This document shows, piece by piece, positions 11,368-24,834 of a stretch of 64,000 nucleotides of DNA; position 1 is the stretch's first letter, and each line of letters begins with the position of its first letter. The stretch covers positions 11,847,441-11,911,440 of the forward strand of contig NC_090407.1 of assembly GCF_036365525.1 (NCBI RefSeq). Reading direction: 5' to 3'. The stretch is from Heterodontus francisci (Eukaryota). Made by a program: the position numbers and the translations under genes. Under the pieces are notes generated by a model. It saw only the letters and a program-made list of their open reading frames with translations, did not search any database and was not told the origin of the DNA.

Positions 11368-13065
11368 GCTGTGGTTCAGTTGGCAGCACTCTTGCCTCAG
11401 AGTTTGAAGGTTCTGGGTTCAGGATTTAAGTACAAAAATCAAGGGTGATAATCTAGTGCAGTACTGAGCACTGCTGATGGTGTTATCTTGAAACATTTAA
11501 GATCTTGAACAGACATGGCAGGGTGGATACTGAAAGGATGTTTCCCCTTGTGGGAGAGAGTAGGGGCTGCACTTTACTAGCTCGTCGCTGTAGCATCTTT
11601 CTGGCATGATCTCGGCGGCGAGCTGCCAAAATGGCGGTCCGCCCGTGCGGATCGATATCGTGGCGGCTCATTTAAATGGTCAGGATGGACTGCGCCCCCC
11701 TCCCCACCCCCGATGACATGTAAGGGGGCGGGTGCGTCATCCCCAGCAACGGCGTCCGGTGCCACTGCGCAAGTGACACCGCCATTTTTAAAGAGCTTAG
11801 AGCCCTAAATGACAAGTTAAATTTTTAAAGAGACAATTAGTTTAAAATTATTAAAACTAAATAAAAACATCTTTGCAGCCCCTCTCCTACCACCACCTCC
11901 CCTCCCCAATAGCCATACATGTCATTCCCACCCTCTCCCCTCACAAAATACTTACCTTCAGTACCTAACCTTCCCCCACTACCAAAGTTCAGAAACTTTT
12001 ATCTTTACCCCTTCCCATCACCCCATCAACCAATCAGAATTGTTTAACCCTGCTTCCCCCTCCCCCCACCCCGTTCTGAAAATTCACCTCTTTCCCCCCA
12101 CCCCCCCCCCCTCCCCTCCCCCCTCCTCCCCACCAGTGTTCTGACATTCTTCAGCAGTCGGGGATCAAACAGGCGAGAATGACAGCCACCGACCTTAATG
12201 TAGGAGCGGGACGACCGGCGCGATAAGGTAAGTATTTATTCTTTAATTAACAATCATTAACATATTTTAATTATGTTCCGTTGCCAAGCAGCGGGGGGTG
12301 CCACCACGAGGCCTCACCACTACCGGTAATATGGGGCAGGGCCTTCCCAGTGTCGAGCCCCTTGGTGGGTCTCTCCCAGAGGTATTTTCTGAACCCCCCA
12401 CCACCACAACCTCTGATTTCGGGGGCCCGATAAAATTCACCCCTAGAACTAGGGGGCACAGTTTAAAAATAAGGGGTCGCCCATTTAAGACAGAGATGAG
12501 GAGAAATTTTTTTCTTCGAGGGTTGAGTGTCTTTGGAACTCCCTTCCCCAGAGAGCTGTGAAGGAAGGGTCACTGAATATTTTTAAGGCAGAGGTAGATA
12601 AATTCTTGACTAACAAGGGAGTCAAAGGGTATCAGCAATGGGCGAGAAAGTGGAGTTGAGGCCACAAACAGATCAGCCATGATCTTATTAAATGGCAGAG
12701 CAGGCTCGAGGGGCCGAATGGCCTAATCCTGCTGCTAATTCGTATGTTCATATCTCTCAAATGAGACATTAAACCAACACCCTGACTCAGGTGGACATAA
12801 AATAGCTCATCGTACTACTTAGATGATGAGCAGGTATTGCTGGTGTCTGAGGGATAAATATTGACTAAATCAAGATCACCAAAAAAACAGATTACCTGGT
12901 CATAAATACATTGCTGTTCATGGGACCTTGCTGTGTGCAAATTGGCTGCGGCATTTCCTATATTACTACACTGACTATACCACTTTGAAAGCACTTCATT
13001 AACTGTAAAGTGCTTTGAGGTGTCTGGAAGTTGTGAAAGGTGCTATATAAATACAAGTCATTCTT
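11368..13065 (+). mobile_element. SacSINE1/DeuSINE-type SINE split by a CR1 3' fragment (~11485-12750)
   Basis: tRNA-like head at 11370-11425; body resumes ~12752 and ends GGTGCTATATAAATACAAGTC. Confidence 0.7.
11564..12443. mobile_element. PIF/Harbinger-type MITE inserted in CR1
   Basis: TIRs GGGCTGCACTTTA/TAAAATTCACCCC; 3-bp TSD TAG (11561-63, 12444-46); interrupts the CR1 motif GGAGA...TAGAACTAGGGGGCAC. Confidence 0.75.
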
Positions 13066-13067
13066 TC

Positions 13068-13335
13068 TAGCATAATTCCCCCTGTTCTTATATTCTATGC
13101 CTTGGCTAATAAAAGTAACTATCCCGTATGCCTCCTTAACCAGTTTATTGACCTGTCCTGCTACCTTCAGGGATCTGTGGGCATGTACTCCAAGGTCCCT
13201 CGTTCCTTTACACTTCTCAGTATCTTACTATTTATTGTGTACTCCCTTGCCTTGTTTGTCCTCCGCAAATGTTTCACCTCACACTTCTCTGGATTGAGTC
13301 CAATTGCCGCTTTCTGCCCACCTGACCAGTCCAGT
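13068..13335 (-). mobile_element. CR1 RT fragment
   Basis: NPEKCEVKHL...REYTIN motif. Confidence 0.75.
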
Positions 13336-13597
13336 CCAGTGTTATTGTGATGCACTGGAGTAATAATGTCCCTTAGTCCTGTGATATAGTAGGATCATAA
13401 TGACCTTAATTACTTCAGTAATAATTGGCTTTAACACTCAGTTATCCTGGAGTATTAATGGGCTTTAGCTTGTAGTATTCTGGAGCAATAATGGGATTTG
13501 CTGTTGTTTATACAAGGGTACTGTGGTTTACATGGTAATAATAGACTTTAGTGCTGTGTTATAAAGTGGACCAAATTAATGTAATGTTGAGTAACAT

Positions 13598-13945
13598 TGG
13601 AACAAAAGCAAAATACTGCAGATGCTGGGAATCTGAAATAGAAACAGAAAATGCTGGAAATACTCAGCAGGTCTGGCTCCGTCTGTGGAGAGAGAAACAG
13701 AGTTAACGTTTGAGGTTGATGATCTTTCATCAGAACTGGAAGAAGTTAGAGATTTAAATTTTTTATTAAGTACAGGGCCAGGGGAAAGGGCTGGGTGGGT
13801 GGAGGAGGATTAAACAAAGGGAGGGAGAAAAGATGGAGGGCAGGAGTGATTAAATGGTGGAAAGGCTGATGGTGCAGAGCAAAAAGAGGGTGCTAATGGT
13901 ACATGTAAGGAAATAAAAGATTGGTCTAGAGGAACTTAAATGGTT
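13598..13945 (-). mobile_element. Penelope-like terminal fragment with degenerate hammerhead motif
   Basis: Homologous to 46929-47358; minus strand reads AGTT CTGATGA ... CAAAC GTT AACT. Confidence 0.6.
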
Positions 13946-14239
13946 ACAACAGAACTGTTGTGGGAAAAAAATCAGCCTGGGCCCCCTGATGCCTGATTGC
14001 TAACCAGTGACACCTGCTGGATATTGTATGTATGTGCAAGACAAGATTAGGTTTCGCTGTGTTCCCCTCTCCAAGCAAGTAGTCTGCTGCTAATAATCTA
14101 GATTCATGCACGGAGAATGGCTCTTGGTGTTGTAGGCATGGAACTTCTGGAACTGAACTCCAACACCAGCCTTTCCCTTCAGGAGCAGAAAAAAGAGTGG
14201 CCAAGAAAACAAAACAGTGGCACAATTCCTTTTATTAAA

Positions 14240-14930
14240 AAATTCATTCTTGAGATGTACGCATCGCTGGCAAGACCAGCATTTATTTCCTGTCCCTAGT
14301 TGCCCTTGAGAAGGTGATGGTGGATCGTCTTGAACCGCTGCAGTCCATGTGGTGAATACTGTTAGGGAGGGAGTTCCAGGATTTTGACCCAGTGACAATG
14401 AAGGAACAGCCGATATATGTCTAAGCCAGGATGGTGTGTGACTTGGAGGTGATGGTGTTGCCAGGTATCTGCACCTGTGTATGAAACAGCTTCTTTGCAA
14501 TTTCACTACTCCAAGCTTCAGGAAGTTTAAAAAGCCAATTTAAAGTTGTTCTGAACATATTGCAGTTATAGTGCAGCCAGTACAAACTCTGACTAGGATA
14601 CCTCCCCAGATAGTCTTACATTAAAATTGATAAACAGTTTAATTGGAGACTTCATTCCCCAGTTATATTGCGATTGATACAAAATGCAGATAATATACTT
14701 CACTAATGTTGAGGGATAAACATTAGCCAGGACACTGGCGAGAATGCCACTGCTCTTCTTCATTATAGGGCCATGGGATCTTTTATGCCTACCTCAGAGA
14801 GCTGACAGGGTCTTGGTTTAATGTCTCATCCAAAAGACGGCACCTGTAACAGTGCAGCACTCCCTCAGTACCGTACTGGGAGTGTCAGCCTAGAATTTAT
14901 GCTCAGGTCCCTGGATGAGGTGTTGGAACC
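14240..14930 (-). mobile_element. 3' tail of the tRNA-headed LINE family (~14240-14475) and a DeuSINE-type SINE fragment (~14705-14930)
   Basis: Similar to 23600-23830 and to 31296-31560 respectively. Confidence 0.7.
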
Positions 14931-17900
14931 CCGCCTGACTTCATCTCCTCCCTCTCCCAGAGGAATTGTGGTCAATTATAGTTCCCTAATTGGAATCAGC
15001 TAACTGAGTACAGGCAGGAATTGAGACTGGAAGCTGTGTGGCTGTTTATAGAAAACGCGTTGGTGTTACCATTTTTACCCACTGTACCTGGTGGATTGGA
15101 AAGCCGATCCCCCTCACCCCCCGCTATGAACACTGCTGATCCTGAAAATACCACTTGGTGTTAGGACAGAGATTCCACTCCATGCCTGTACTGGCCTAGA
15201 GAAGCATCAGTCTGCCAGCAGGGAGAGGAGTGTACGAGAGATATGTAGCAACATGAAGGTCGAAGAACTGCCTGGAACAGCCAGCATGTTTAATATGTCA
15301 CAAGTGGAGCCTTTGTAACTGGCTCATAGGGTACTGGCAAATGGTTAGCAGCATTTGTCCAATATATTAGCACAGCACAAGATCCAGAATGTTCCAATAT
15401 TAACTAGTGCTTATAGCTGATACACATCCACATCATTGTTTAAGAGTTGCTGCATAAAGACGGATTATCGTTGTTTTGGGCTGGCTGATACGAACATAGA
15501 AACATACAAATTATGAGCAGGAGTAGGTCACTCGGCCCTTCGAGCCTGCTCCACCATTCAATAAGTTCATGGCTGAACTGATTACTCCACATTTCCACCA
15601 ACCCCCAATAACCTTTCACCTCCTTGCTTATCAAGAATCTATCTGCCTTAAAAATAGTCAAAGACTCTGCTTCCACCGCCTTTTGAGGAAGAGAATTGCA
15701 AAGACTCACGTCCCTCTGAGAGAAAAAAAATTCCCTCATCTCTGTCTTAAATGGGCGACCCCTTATTTTTAAACAGTGACCCCTAGTTCTAGATTCTCCA
15801 CAAGGGGAAACATCCTTTCCACATCCACCCTGTCAAGACCCCTCAGGATCTTAAATGTTTCAATCAAGTCGCCTCTTACTCTTCTAAATTCCAGCGGATA
15901 CAAGCCTAGCCAGTCCAATCTTTCCTCATAAGACAGCCTGCCCATTCCAGTTATTAGTCTGGTAAATCTTCTCTGTACTGCCTCCAATGCATTTACATCC
16001 TTCCTTAAATAAGGAGACCAGTACTGTACACAGTACTCCAGATGTAGTCTCACCAATGCCCTTTATAGCTGAAGCATAACCTCCCTACTTTTGTATTCAA
16101 TTCCTCTTGCGATAAACAATAACATTCTATTAGCTTTCCTAATTACATGCTGTACCTGCATACTAACCTTTTGCAATTCATGCACTAGGACACCCAGATT
16201 CCTCTGCATCTCAGAGCTCTGCAATCTCTCACCATTTAGATAATATGCTTTTTTATTCTTCTTGCCAAAGGGGACAATTTCCCACTTTCCCACATTATAC
16301 TCCATTTGCCAGGTCTTTGCCCACTCACTTAACCTATCTATATTCCTTTGTAGCCTCCTTATGTTCTCTTCACAAGTTACTTTCCTACCAATCTTTGTGT
16401 CATCAGCATATTTAGCAACCATACCTTAGGTCCCTTCACCTAAGTCATTTATATAAATTGTAAAAGGTTGAGGCCCCAGTACAGATCCCTGTGGCACACC
16501 ACTTGTTACATCTTGCCAACCAGAAAATGACCCATTTATGCCTCGTCTCTGTTTCCTGTTAGCTAACCAATCTTCTATCCATGCCATTATGTTACCCCCT
16601 ACACCAAGAGCCTGGAAATCGAAGTACAATACATCCACCGGTTCCCCTTTATCCACAGCACATGTAACTCCCTCAAAGAACTCCATTGATTAAACAGGAT
16701 TTCCCTTTCACAAAACCATGTTGACTCTGCCTGATTACCTTGAATTTTTATAAATGCCCTGCTATAATGTCTTTAATAATAGCTTCTAACATTGTCCCTA
16801 AGACAGATGTTAAGCTAACTGGCCTGTAGTTTCCTGTCTCCCTCCCTTTTTGAATAAAGGAGTTACATTCGCTATTTTCAAATCTAACAGAACCTTCCCC
16901 AAATCTAGGGAATTTTGGAAAAATGAAACTAATACATCAACTGATGAAGTCCATCAGGACCCAGGACTTGTCAGCCCGCAGCTCCAACAATTTGTTCAGT
17001 ATCACTTCCCTGGTGATTGTAATTTTTTTGAGTTCCTCCCTCCCTTCCATTTCCTGACTTACAGCTAATACTGGGATGTTACTTGTATCCTCAATAGTGA
17101 AGATCGATGCAAAATATCTGTTCAATTCATCTGCCATCTCCTTATTACCCATTATTAATTCCCCAGACTCACTGTTTATATGACCAATGCTCACTTTGTT
17201 AACTCTTTTCTTTTTAAAATATCCATAGAAACTCTTACTATCTGTCTTTATATTTCTAGCTAGCTTTCTCTCGTATTCTAATTTTACCTTCCTTATCAAT
17301 CTTTTAGTCATTCTTTGCTGTTTTTTATATTCTGTCCAATCTTCTGACCTGCCTCCCATCTTTGTGCAATTATAGGCTTTTTCTTTAAGTTTGATACTAT
17401 CTTTAACTGTTTTAGCTAACCAATGGATGGTGGGTCCCACCCTTGGAATTTTTCTTTCTCGTTGAAATGTATCTATTCTGTGTATTCTGAAATATCCCCT
17501 TAAATGTCTGCCACTGCATCTCTATTGACCGATCCCTTAACCTGATTTGCCAGTTCACTTTAGCTAGCTCTGCTTTCATGCCCTCATAATTGCCCTTCTT
17601 TAAGTTTAAAATACTAGTCTTGGACCCACTCTTCACTCCCTCAAAGTGAATGAAAAATTCAATCATATTATGATCGCTGCTGGCTTGGAGTGCCTTAACT
17701 ATAAGATCATTAATTAATCCTATCTCATTGCACAATACCAGGTCTAGTATAGCCTGCTCTCTGGTTGGCTCCAAAACGTATTGTCCCAAAAAATTATCCC
17801 AAAAACATTCTATGTACTCCTCATCTAGGTTACCTCTGCCCATCTGATTTTTCCAGTCTATATGTAGGTTAAAATCCCTCATAATTATTGCTGTACCTTT

Positions 17901-19275
17901 CTGACAAGCTGATATTATTTCTTTCTTTATACCCCGTCCTACAGTGAGGTTAATTGTTAGGTGGCCTGTACACCACTTCCACAAGTGACTTCTTGCCTTT
18001 ATGATTTCTCAACTCTATCCAAACTGCTTCTACATCCTGGTCTCCTGAACTTAGGTCATCCCTCTCTATTGCACTAATACCATCATCAATTAACAGAGCT
18101 ACCCCTCCACCTTTTTCTAGCTTCCTGTCCTTCCTAAATGCCATGTACCTTTCAATACTCAGGTCCCAATCTATGTCATCCTGCAGCCATGTCTCTGTAA
18201 TGGCTATCAGATCGTACTTATTTATTTCTATTTGCGCTCTCAGTTCATCTGTTTTGTTTTGAATGCTACGTGCATTTTATTATTTTTGTGACCTCTAGCC
18301 TTAACTGCTGATTTACTGTTAGATTTGTATGCTCTGTCCCTTCCTGTCACAGTCTGTTTATCATTTCCCATATTAATACCTTTCTCTCTTGCATTATCTC
18401 TACTCCTTGATTTACCATATCTTCCCAAATTTGATCCCTTGCTCTCACTATTCAGTTTAAAACCCTCTCTACTTCCCAAGTTATGTGACTCACTAGAACA
18501 CCGGCCCCAGCACAGTTCAGGTGTAGACTGTCCCACCGATACAGTCCCATGAACCAGAACCCACTTCTACCACACCAGTCTTTGAGCCACGCATTAATTT
18601 CTCTAATCTTATTTGCCCTATACCAATTTGTACGTGGGTCAGGTAATAATCCAGAGATTATTACCTTTGAGGTTCTGCTTCTTAATTTGGTGCCTGGTTC
18701 CTCATACTGACTATGCAGAACCTCTTTCCTTGTCCTGCCTATGTCATTGGTACCTACATGGACCACGATGACTGGATCCTCCCCCTCCCACTGGAAGGTC
18801 CTCTCCAGCCCTGAGCAGATGTCCCGAACCCTGGCACCGGGCAGACAACACAGCCGTCTGGACTCTCGCTCTTTGGTGCAGAGAACAGTGTCAATCCCCC
18901 TAACTATACTGTCCCCTACGACCACTACATTCCTTTTTTCTTCCTGCACTTGAACTCTTCCTGTACCATGGTCAGGTTGCTCGTCCACACTGCAGCCCCC
19001 ATTCTCATCCAAACAAGCTGAAAGAACCGCAAACCTGATGGACAATTGCAAAGGCTGAGGCTGCTGCACTCCTGCCCTCTTGGTCCCATTACCTGTCTCA
19101 GCTGCAGCCACACTCCCCTGTCCCTAACCACTGATCAAATCAGAAGATCCTATCCTAAGGGGTGTGACCTGCCTCCTGGTACAAAATGTCCAGGTAACTT
19201 ACCCCCTCCCTGATGTGTCGCAGTGTCTGCAGCTCGGACTCCAGTTCAATGACTCTGAGCCGAAGCTCTTCGAGC

Positions 19276-19647
19276 TAAAGGCCTGATAACTGACCTGAAC
19301 CCGACGGCATGTTTCGGGTTCATGTCGGTTCGGTTCGCACTTCCAGATCTGGCATTCGGGCCTGGGTAGGGTCAGGCCGGAGCGGACACACTCTATCACC
19401 ACCTCAGGTAAGTGACTCTAATGTTAATTTATTTTTTGGACATTAAAGGTGGTTTTATTACAGTTATTTTAAGCTTGTGCAGGTACGGAACAAAGTGAAA
19501 AACGGAAGGTAAGTTAACTGATGGTCGGGTCGGGACGGGTCAGGCATGGGAAACAATGGAAGGATTCGGGCCGGGTCGGGCTTGGGGTCGGGTGGAGTTC
19601 TGTCGGGCTCGAGTCGGGTCTTATTTGCAGACCTGAGCACGCCTTTA
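19276..19647. mobile_element. hAT-like MITE inserted in CR1 ORF1
   Basis: TIR TAAAGGC/GCCTTTA; 8-bp TSD CTTCGAGC/CTTGGAGC; GGGTC-rich subterminal repeats. Confidence 0.85.
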
Positions 19648-19969
19648 CTTGGAGCCGCAAACACTGCAGACGTGTTTGCCCTGGATCACACTGGCATCCA
19701 AGAGCTCCCACATGCTGCAGCCGTGCCACATCACCTGTCCTGCCATCTTTAATGTGTTTTAATTAACTACTTAATTATTTTATTCAATTATTTATATTAT
19801 TTTCCTTTCTTTTATATATTTTATTTAGTTTACAACTAGTTCCTTTACTATTTTAAGCGTCAGGATTAGAATGGACCTTAAGCACATACCAGATACTAAC
19901 CAAACAGGTCGCTTCTTCCTTGCTCTCTCTGTTGATTGTGACGTCACTCTGATGCCACTTATCGATTTT

Positions 19970-20351
19970 TGCCTGCTCCGCTCCCGCCATGCTCCTCTCT
20001 CTCTCTGTCTCTCTCTCTGCTCCTGCCAAGTTCCTCTCTCTGTCTCTCTCTCTCTCTGCTCCCGCCATGCTCCTCTCTCTCTCTCTCTCCGCTCCCGCCA
20101 TGCTCCCCTCTCTCTCTCTCTCTCTCTGCTCTCGCCATGCTCCTCTCTCTCTGTCTCTCTCTCTCTCTCTCTGCTCCCGCCATGCTCCTCTCTCTCTCTG
20201 CTCCTGCCAAGCTCCTCTCTCTCTCTGTCTCTCTCTCTGCTCCCGCCGTGCTCCTCTCTCTCTCTCTCTCTCTCTCTGCTCCCGCCAAGCTCCTCTCTCT
20301 CTCTCTCTGCTCCCGCCAAGCTCCTCTCTCTCTCTCTCTGCTCCCGCCATG

Positions 20352-20386
<35 letters not shown>

Positions 20387-20390
20387 CTGT
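19970..20390. repeat. Compound repeat: CTGCTCCCGCCATGCTCC alternating with (CT)n
   Basis: About a dozen fixed cores separated by variable-length (CT)n. Confidence 0.9.
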
Positions 20391-20891
20391 CTCCGGTAAT
20401 GAATAAAGAATGCACCTTTTTCATCGCTCTTTGATATGATTCATTGCAGTTGACATGCACCATTTGGACCTGTCATTGAATGTAAGCTTTATCTATTAAT
20501 CGAGTTTTACATTAGTATCAGGGAGCTGGGAGAACAGCAAAAGCAACATTTGCAAGGGGTCTAACACCCGTTTTAGGCAGTGTTCCCAGATGTCTGAGGT
20601 GGCGGCGGACGTTTATCAGGTATCCTTGGGGTGCAGGGCACAGCCCTGTAAAATTGGTCATTTATGTTTCTGTTTTCCATCCTGAAATTGCTATCCCAAA
20701 GGATTTGTCAGCGTGTAAATATGGAGTTTTGTTTCTGATGTTTTAATCATTTTCATTTATTTTTCACAGTACACGTTTGTCATGAGACGTTGGCCAAGGA
20801 AAGATGTTGCATCAGAAATAGGAGCAGGAATAGGCCATATGGGCCCTTGGGCCTGCTCTGTCATTCAAAAAGATCACAGCTGATCTTCTAT

Positions 20892-21741
20892 CTCAACTCC
20901 ACCTTCCCGCACTGTGCCTGTATTCCTCAACTCCACCTTCCCGCACTATGCCTATATTCCTCAACTCCACCTTCCCGCACTATGCCTATATTCCTCAACT
21001 CCACCTTCCCGCACTGTGCTTATATTCCTCAACTCCACCTTCCCGCACTGTGCCTGTATTCCTCAACTCCACCTTCCCGCACTGTGCCTGTATTCCTCAA
21101 CTCCACCTTCCCGCACTGTGCCTGTATTCCTCAACTCCACCTTCCCGCACTGTGCCTGTATTCCTCAACTCCACCTTCCCGCACTGTGCCTGTATTCCTC
21201 AACTCCACCTTCCCGCACTATGCTTATATTCCTCAACTCCACCTTCCCGCACTATGCCTATATTCCTCAACTCCACCTTCCCGCACTGTGCCTGTATTCC
21301 TCAACTCCACCTTCCCGCACTGTGCCTGTATTCCTCAACTCCACCTTCCCGCACTGTGCCTGTATTCCTCAACTCCACCTTCCCGCACTATGCCTGTATT
21401 CCTCAACTCCACCTTCCCGCACTGTGCCTGTATTCCTCAACTCCACCTTCCCGCACTATGCCTGTATTCCTCAACTCCACCTTCCCGCACTGTGCCTGTA
21501 TTCCTCAACTCCACCTTCCCGCACTATGCTTATATTCCTCAACTCCACCTTCCTGCACTGTGCCTGTATTCCTCAACTCCACCTTCCCGCACTATGCTTA
21601 TATTCCTCAACTCCACCTTCCTGCACTGTGCTTATATTCCTCAACTCCACCTTCCCGCACTATGCTTATATTCCTCAACTCCACCTTCCCGCACTATGCC
21701 TGTATTCCTCAACTCCACCTTCCCGCACTATGCCTATATTC
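20892..21741. repeat. 34-bp minisatellite, 25 copies, amplified inside a minus-strand CR1 tail (~20812-21857)
   Basis: CTCAACTCCACCTTCCCGCACT(A/G)TGC(C/T)T(A/G)TATTC; 850 bp = 25 x 34; single-copy counterpart at ~31648-31685. Confidence 0.95.
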
Positions 21742-21857
21742 CTTGATTCCCTTACTGCCCAAAGATTTATCGATCTCAATATATTCAATAACTACAGCCC
21801 TTTGAGGTAAAGAATTGCAAATATTCACAAACATCTGAGTGATGACATTTCTCCTCA

Positions 21858-23830
21858 AGGAGGCGGTGGCGTAGTGGTGTTGTCACTGAACTAATAACCT
21901 AGCCACCCAGGGTATTGCTTTGGAGACATGGGTTCAAATCCCACCACTGCAAAAGGTGAAATTTGAATTCAATTAATAAATCTGGAATTAAAAGCTAGTC
22001 TAATAATGGCTGTGAAGTCATTGTTGATTGCAATCTGGTTGACTCTTAAATGCCCTCTGAAATTGACTAGCAAGCCACTCGGTTGCATCTAATTGCTATA
22101 AAGCCAATAAAGAATGAAACCCGATGGACCACTCAGCTTTGACCTAGGCACCAGAAATGACAACAGCAAACCCACCCCTGTCGACCCTGTAAAGTCCTCC
22201 TTACTAACATCTGGGGGCTTGTGCCAAAGTTGAGAGAGCAGTCCCACAGACTAATCAAGCACAATTCACTCAGTATGATATCAAAAAACAACTGAAGACA
22301 CTGGATACTGCAAAGGCTATGGGCCCTGCCAACATTCCAGCAATAGTACTGAAGACCTGTGCTCCAGAACTTGCCGCGCCCCTAGCCAAGCTACTCCAGT
22401 ACAGCTACAACACTGGTATCTACCTGGCAATGTAGAAAATTGCCCAGGTATGTCCTGTTCAAAAAGCAGGACAAGTCCACCCTGACCAATTACTGCCTCA
22501 TCAGTCTACCGTCAATCATCAGTAGAGTGATGGAAGGGGTTGTCCAAAGTGCTATCAAGTAGCAATAACCTGCTCAATTTGGGTTCTGCCATGGCCACTC
22601 AGCTCCTGACCTCATTACAGCCTTGGTTCAAACATGGACAAGAGAGCTGAACTCAAGAGGTGAGGTGAGAGTGACTGCCCTTGACATCAAGGTAGCATTT
22701 GACTGGGTATGGCCTCAAGGAGCCCTAATAAAACTGAAGTCAATGGGAAACAGGGGGAAAACTCACTGCTGGTTGGAGTCATACCTAGTGCAAAGGAAGC
22801 TGGTTGTGGTTATTGAAGGTCAATCATCTGAGCTCCAGGACATCACTGCAGGAGTTACTCAGGGTAGTGTCCTAGGCCCAACCATCTTCAGCTGCTTCAT
22901 CAATGACCTTCCTTCAGTCAGAAGTGGGGATGTTCACTGATGATTGCACAATGTTCAGCACCATTCATGACTCCTCAGGTACTGAAGCAGTCCGTATAGA
23001 AATGCAGCAAGACCGGGACAATATCCAGGCTTGGGCTGCTAAGTGGCATGTAACATTCGCACCACACAAGTGCCAGGTAATGACCATCTCCAACAAGAGA
23101 GAATCTAACCATCTCCCCTTGACATTCAATGGCATTACCATCACTGAATCCCCCACCATCAACATCCTGGGGGTTACAATTGACCAGAAACTGAACTGGA
23201 GTAGCCATATAAATACCGTGGCTACACGAGTAGGTCAGAGGCTAGGAATCCTGCGGTAAGCTACTCATCTCCTGACTCCCCAAGGCGTGTCCACCATCTA
23301 CAAGGCACAAGTCAGGAGTGTGATGGAATACTCTCCACTTGCCTGGATGGGTGCAGCTCCCACAACACTCAAGAAGCTCGACACCATCCAAGACAAAACA
23401 GCCCGCTTGATTGGCACCTCATCCACAAACATTCACTTTCTCCACCACTGACGCACAGTGGCAGCAGTGTGTACCATCTACAAGATGCACTGCAGCAACG
23501 CACCAAGGCTCCTTAGACAGCACCATTCAAACCCGCGATCTCTACCACCTAGAAGGACAAGGGCAGCAAATGGTTGGGGACACCACCATCTGCAAGTTCC
23601 CCTCCAAGTCACACACCGTCCTGACTTGGAACTATATCGCTGTTCCTTCACTGTCACTGGGTCAAAATCCTGGAACTCCCTTCCTCACAGCACTGTGGGT
23701 ATACCTATCTCACATGGACTGCAGCGGTTCAAGAAGGCAGCTCACCAGCAACTTCTCAAGGGCAATTCAGGATGGGCAATAAATGCTGGCCTGGCCAGCG
23801 ATGCCCACATCCCATGAATGAATAAAAAAA
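21858..23830 (+). mobile_element. tRNA-headed LINE (CR1/L2 group) with internal deletion of most of the endonuclease
   Basis: A box TGGCGTAGTGG (~21867) and B box GGTTCAAATCC (~21931); 5' UTR; KVLLTNIWGLVPK start, then a jump to RT (GPANIPAIVLKTCAPELA, QGSVLGP, FTDD); tail ATGAATGAATAAAAAAA. Confidence 0.85.
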
Positions 23831-24834
23831 GGTGATTTCCCTATCCTGGGTCTGAACCAGACTATTCAGCCAGGAGAAACAGCCTCTCACCTCTTGAAGA
23901 ATGCTATCTTTGCACTCTTCCCAAAGATTGACAATTCGGGCCTTGCTTCAAATTATTTATAATGTTCAATGCCTAAAGGATCACATCAGGGTTTCAGTGC
24001 TATGATGCAGGTAGATTTAATTGCTGGGTTTCTATGGAGACCTTAGAAGCAACCTTTGAAAAACCATGTGCAAATGGCAATCTGCAGTCCCTAATGTTCA
24101 CCACTGAGTGGCAATGTTCTCCAAGGAGTTTGAGGAAGTTTACATTCTTTACCAAAACACTAGTAAGATTTTAAGCTGCAAAGGCTGAAAATCTGTAAAC
24201 AATACAAAAAAAGCTGGAACAGCAGGTCGGCACTCGAAAGGAATGAGGAAAAAAATTGACATTGTGTTACAGAGTTTAGACAAAGAGCCTCTACTGAAAA
24301 TGTTAACCTACCTTTCCTCTGACGAATATTTCCAGAATCTTCACTTTCAATTTCAGGAAAGGCTAGTTTTTGATGGGATTTGATATTTTGCTGGGAGTGA
24401 TTTTTATTTTGAGTAACTCTTGGTCACCCTGTACCTGTCCATCTTGGTTGTAGATTGATTTCACAACTGGGGAAACAACACCAGGAAAAATGATCTGCTT
24501 GCTCACACCTCGAATTGTTCATGTGGTATAACCCATTCAGCACAATTTTCCCAGATCTGTTTCATTCTACGGATGGGTGTAACAGTAACACTCGCGGCTT
24601 TGGCAGCTTTCCTCCAAACACCCACGCGCTGGAGACTAACCACACTAAACAAATGTTCCCATAGAAACAGTCAGTGAGCAGCAAGCTTCAAAATGGCCCA
24701 TCAGTACCAATGCTGCGCCCACCGCCAAGGCAACAAGCCCAGAGCCAATGGGAAGCAAGATGGTGGACTGACCAGCCTTGTGCCCGCTCCAGTGCCATCC
24801 TTCCAGCAGCCGTCTGAGGAGACTACCTGATTCA

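Larger units (their letters stand above)
15491..20390 (-). mobile_element. Near full-length, degenerate CR1 LINE: ORF1 (Zn finger/leucine zipper + SGNH esterase) and ORF2 (APE endonuclease + RT with internal deletion)
   Basis: ORF1 ATG at 19746 (CSMW...HVCSVC; LEELRLRVIELESELQTL); VGDSIVRG and VHVGTND; YRPP, DFN and SDH endonuclease motifs; [10 protein letters not shown] and YADD; repeat tail at 15491; GA-rich putative 5' UTR. Confidence 0.9.

Noticed and set aside
10575-11448. Gly/Trp-rich membrane-like ORFs
   Set aside because: Translation of the 64-bp MITE array.
18452-19111. Host SGNH esterase gene
   Set aside because: It is the ORF1 of a CR1 LINE, directly upstream of ORF2.
19970-20390. 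Repeat-spacer pattern
   Set aside because: The intervening segments are only (CT)n of variable length.
19825-20463. RE-rich and LS-rich ORFs
   Set aside because: Artefacts of the (GA)n compound repeat.
20892-21741. CRISPR-like 34-bp repeats and three ~300-aa ORFs
   Set aside because: No spacers and no cas genes, and the context is eukaryotic. The ORFs result from a stop-free tandem unit.
21860-21950. tRNA gene (also ~40790-40860 and ~45710-45780)
   Set aside because: A/B boxes continue into retroelement bodies; no clear cloverleaf or terminator.
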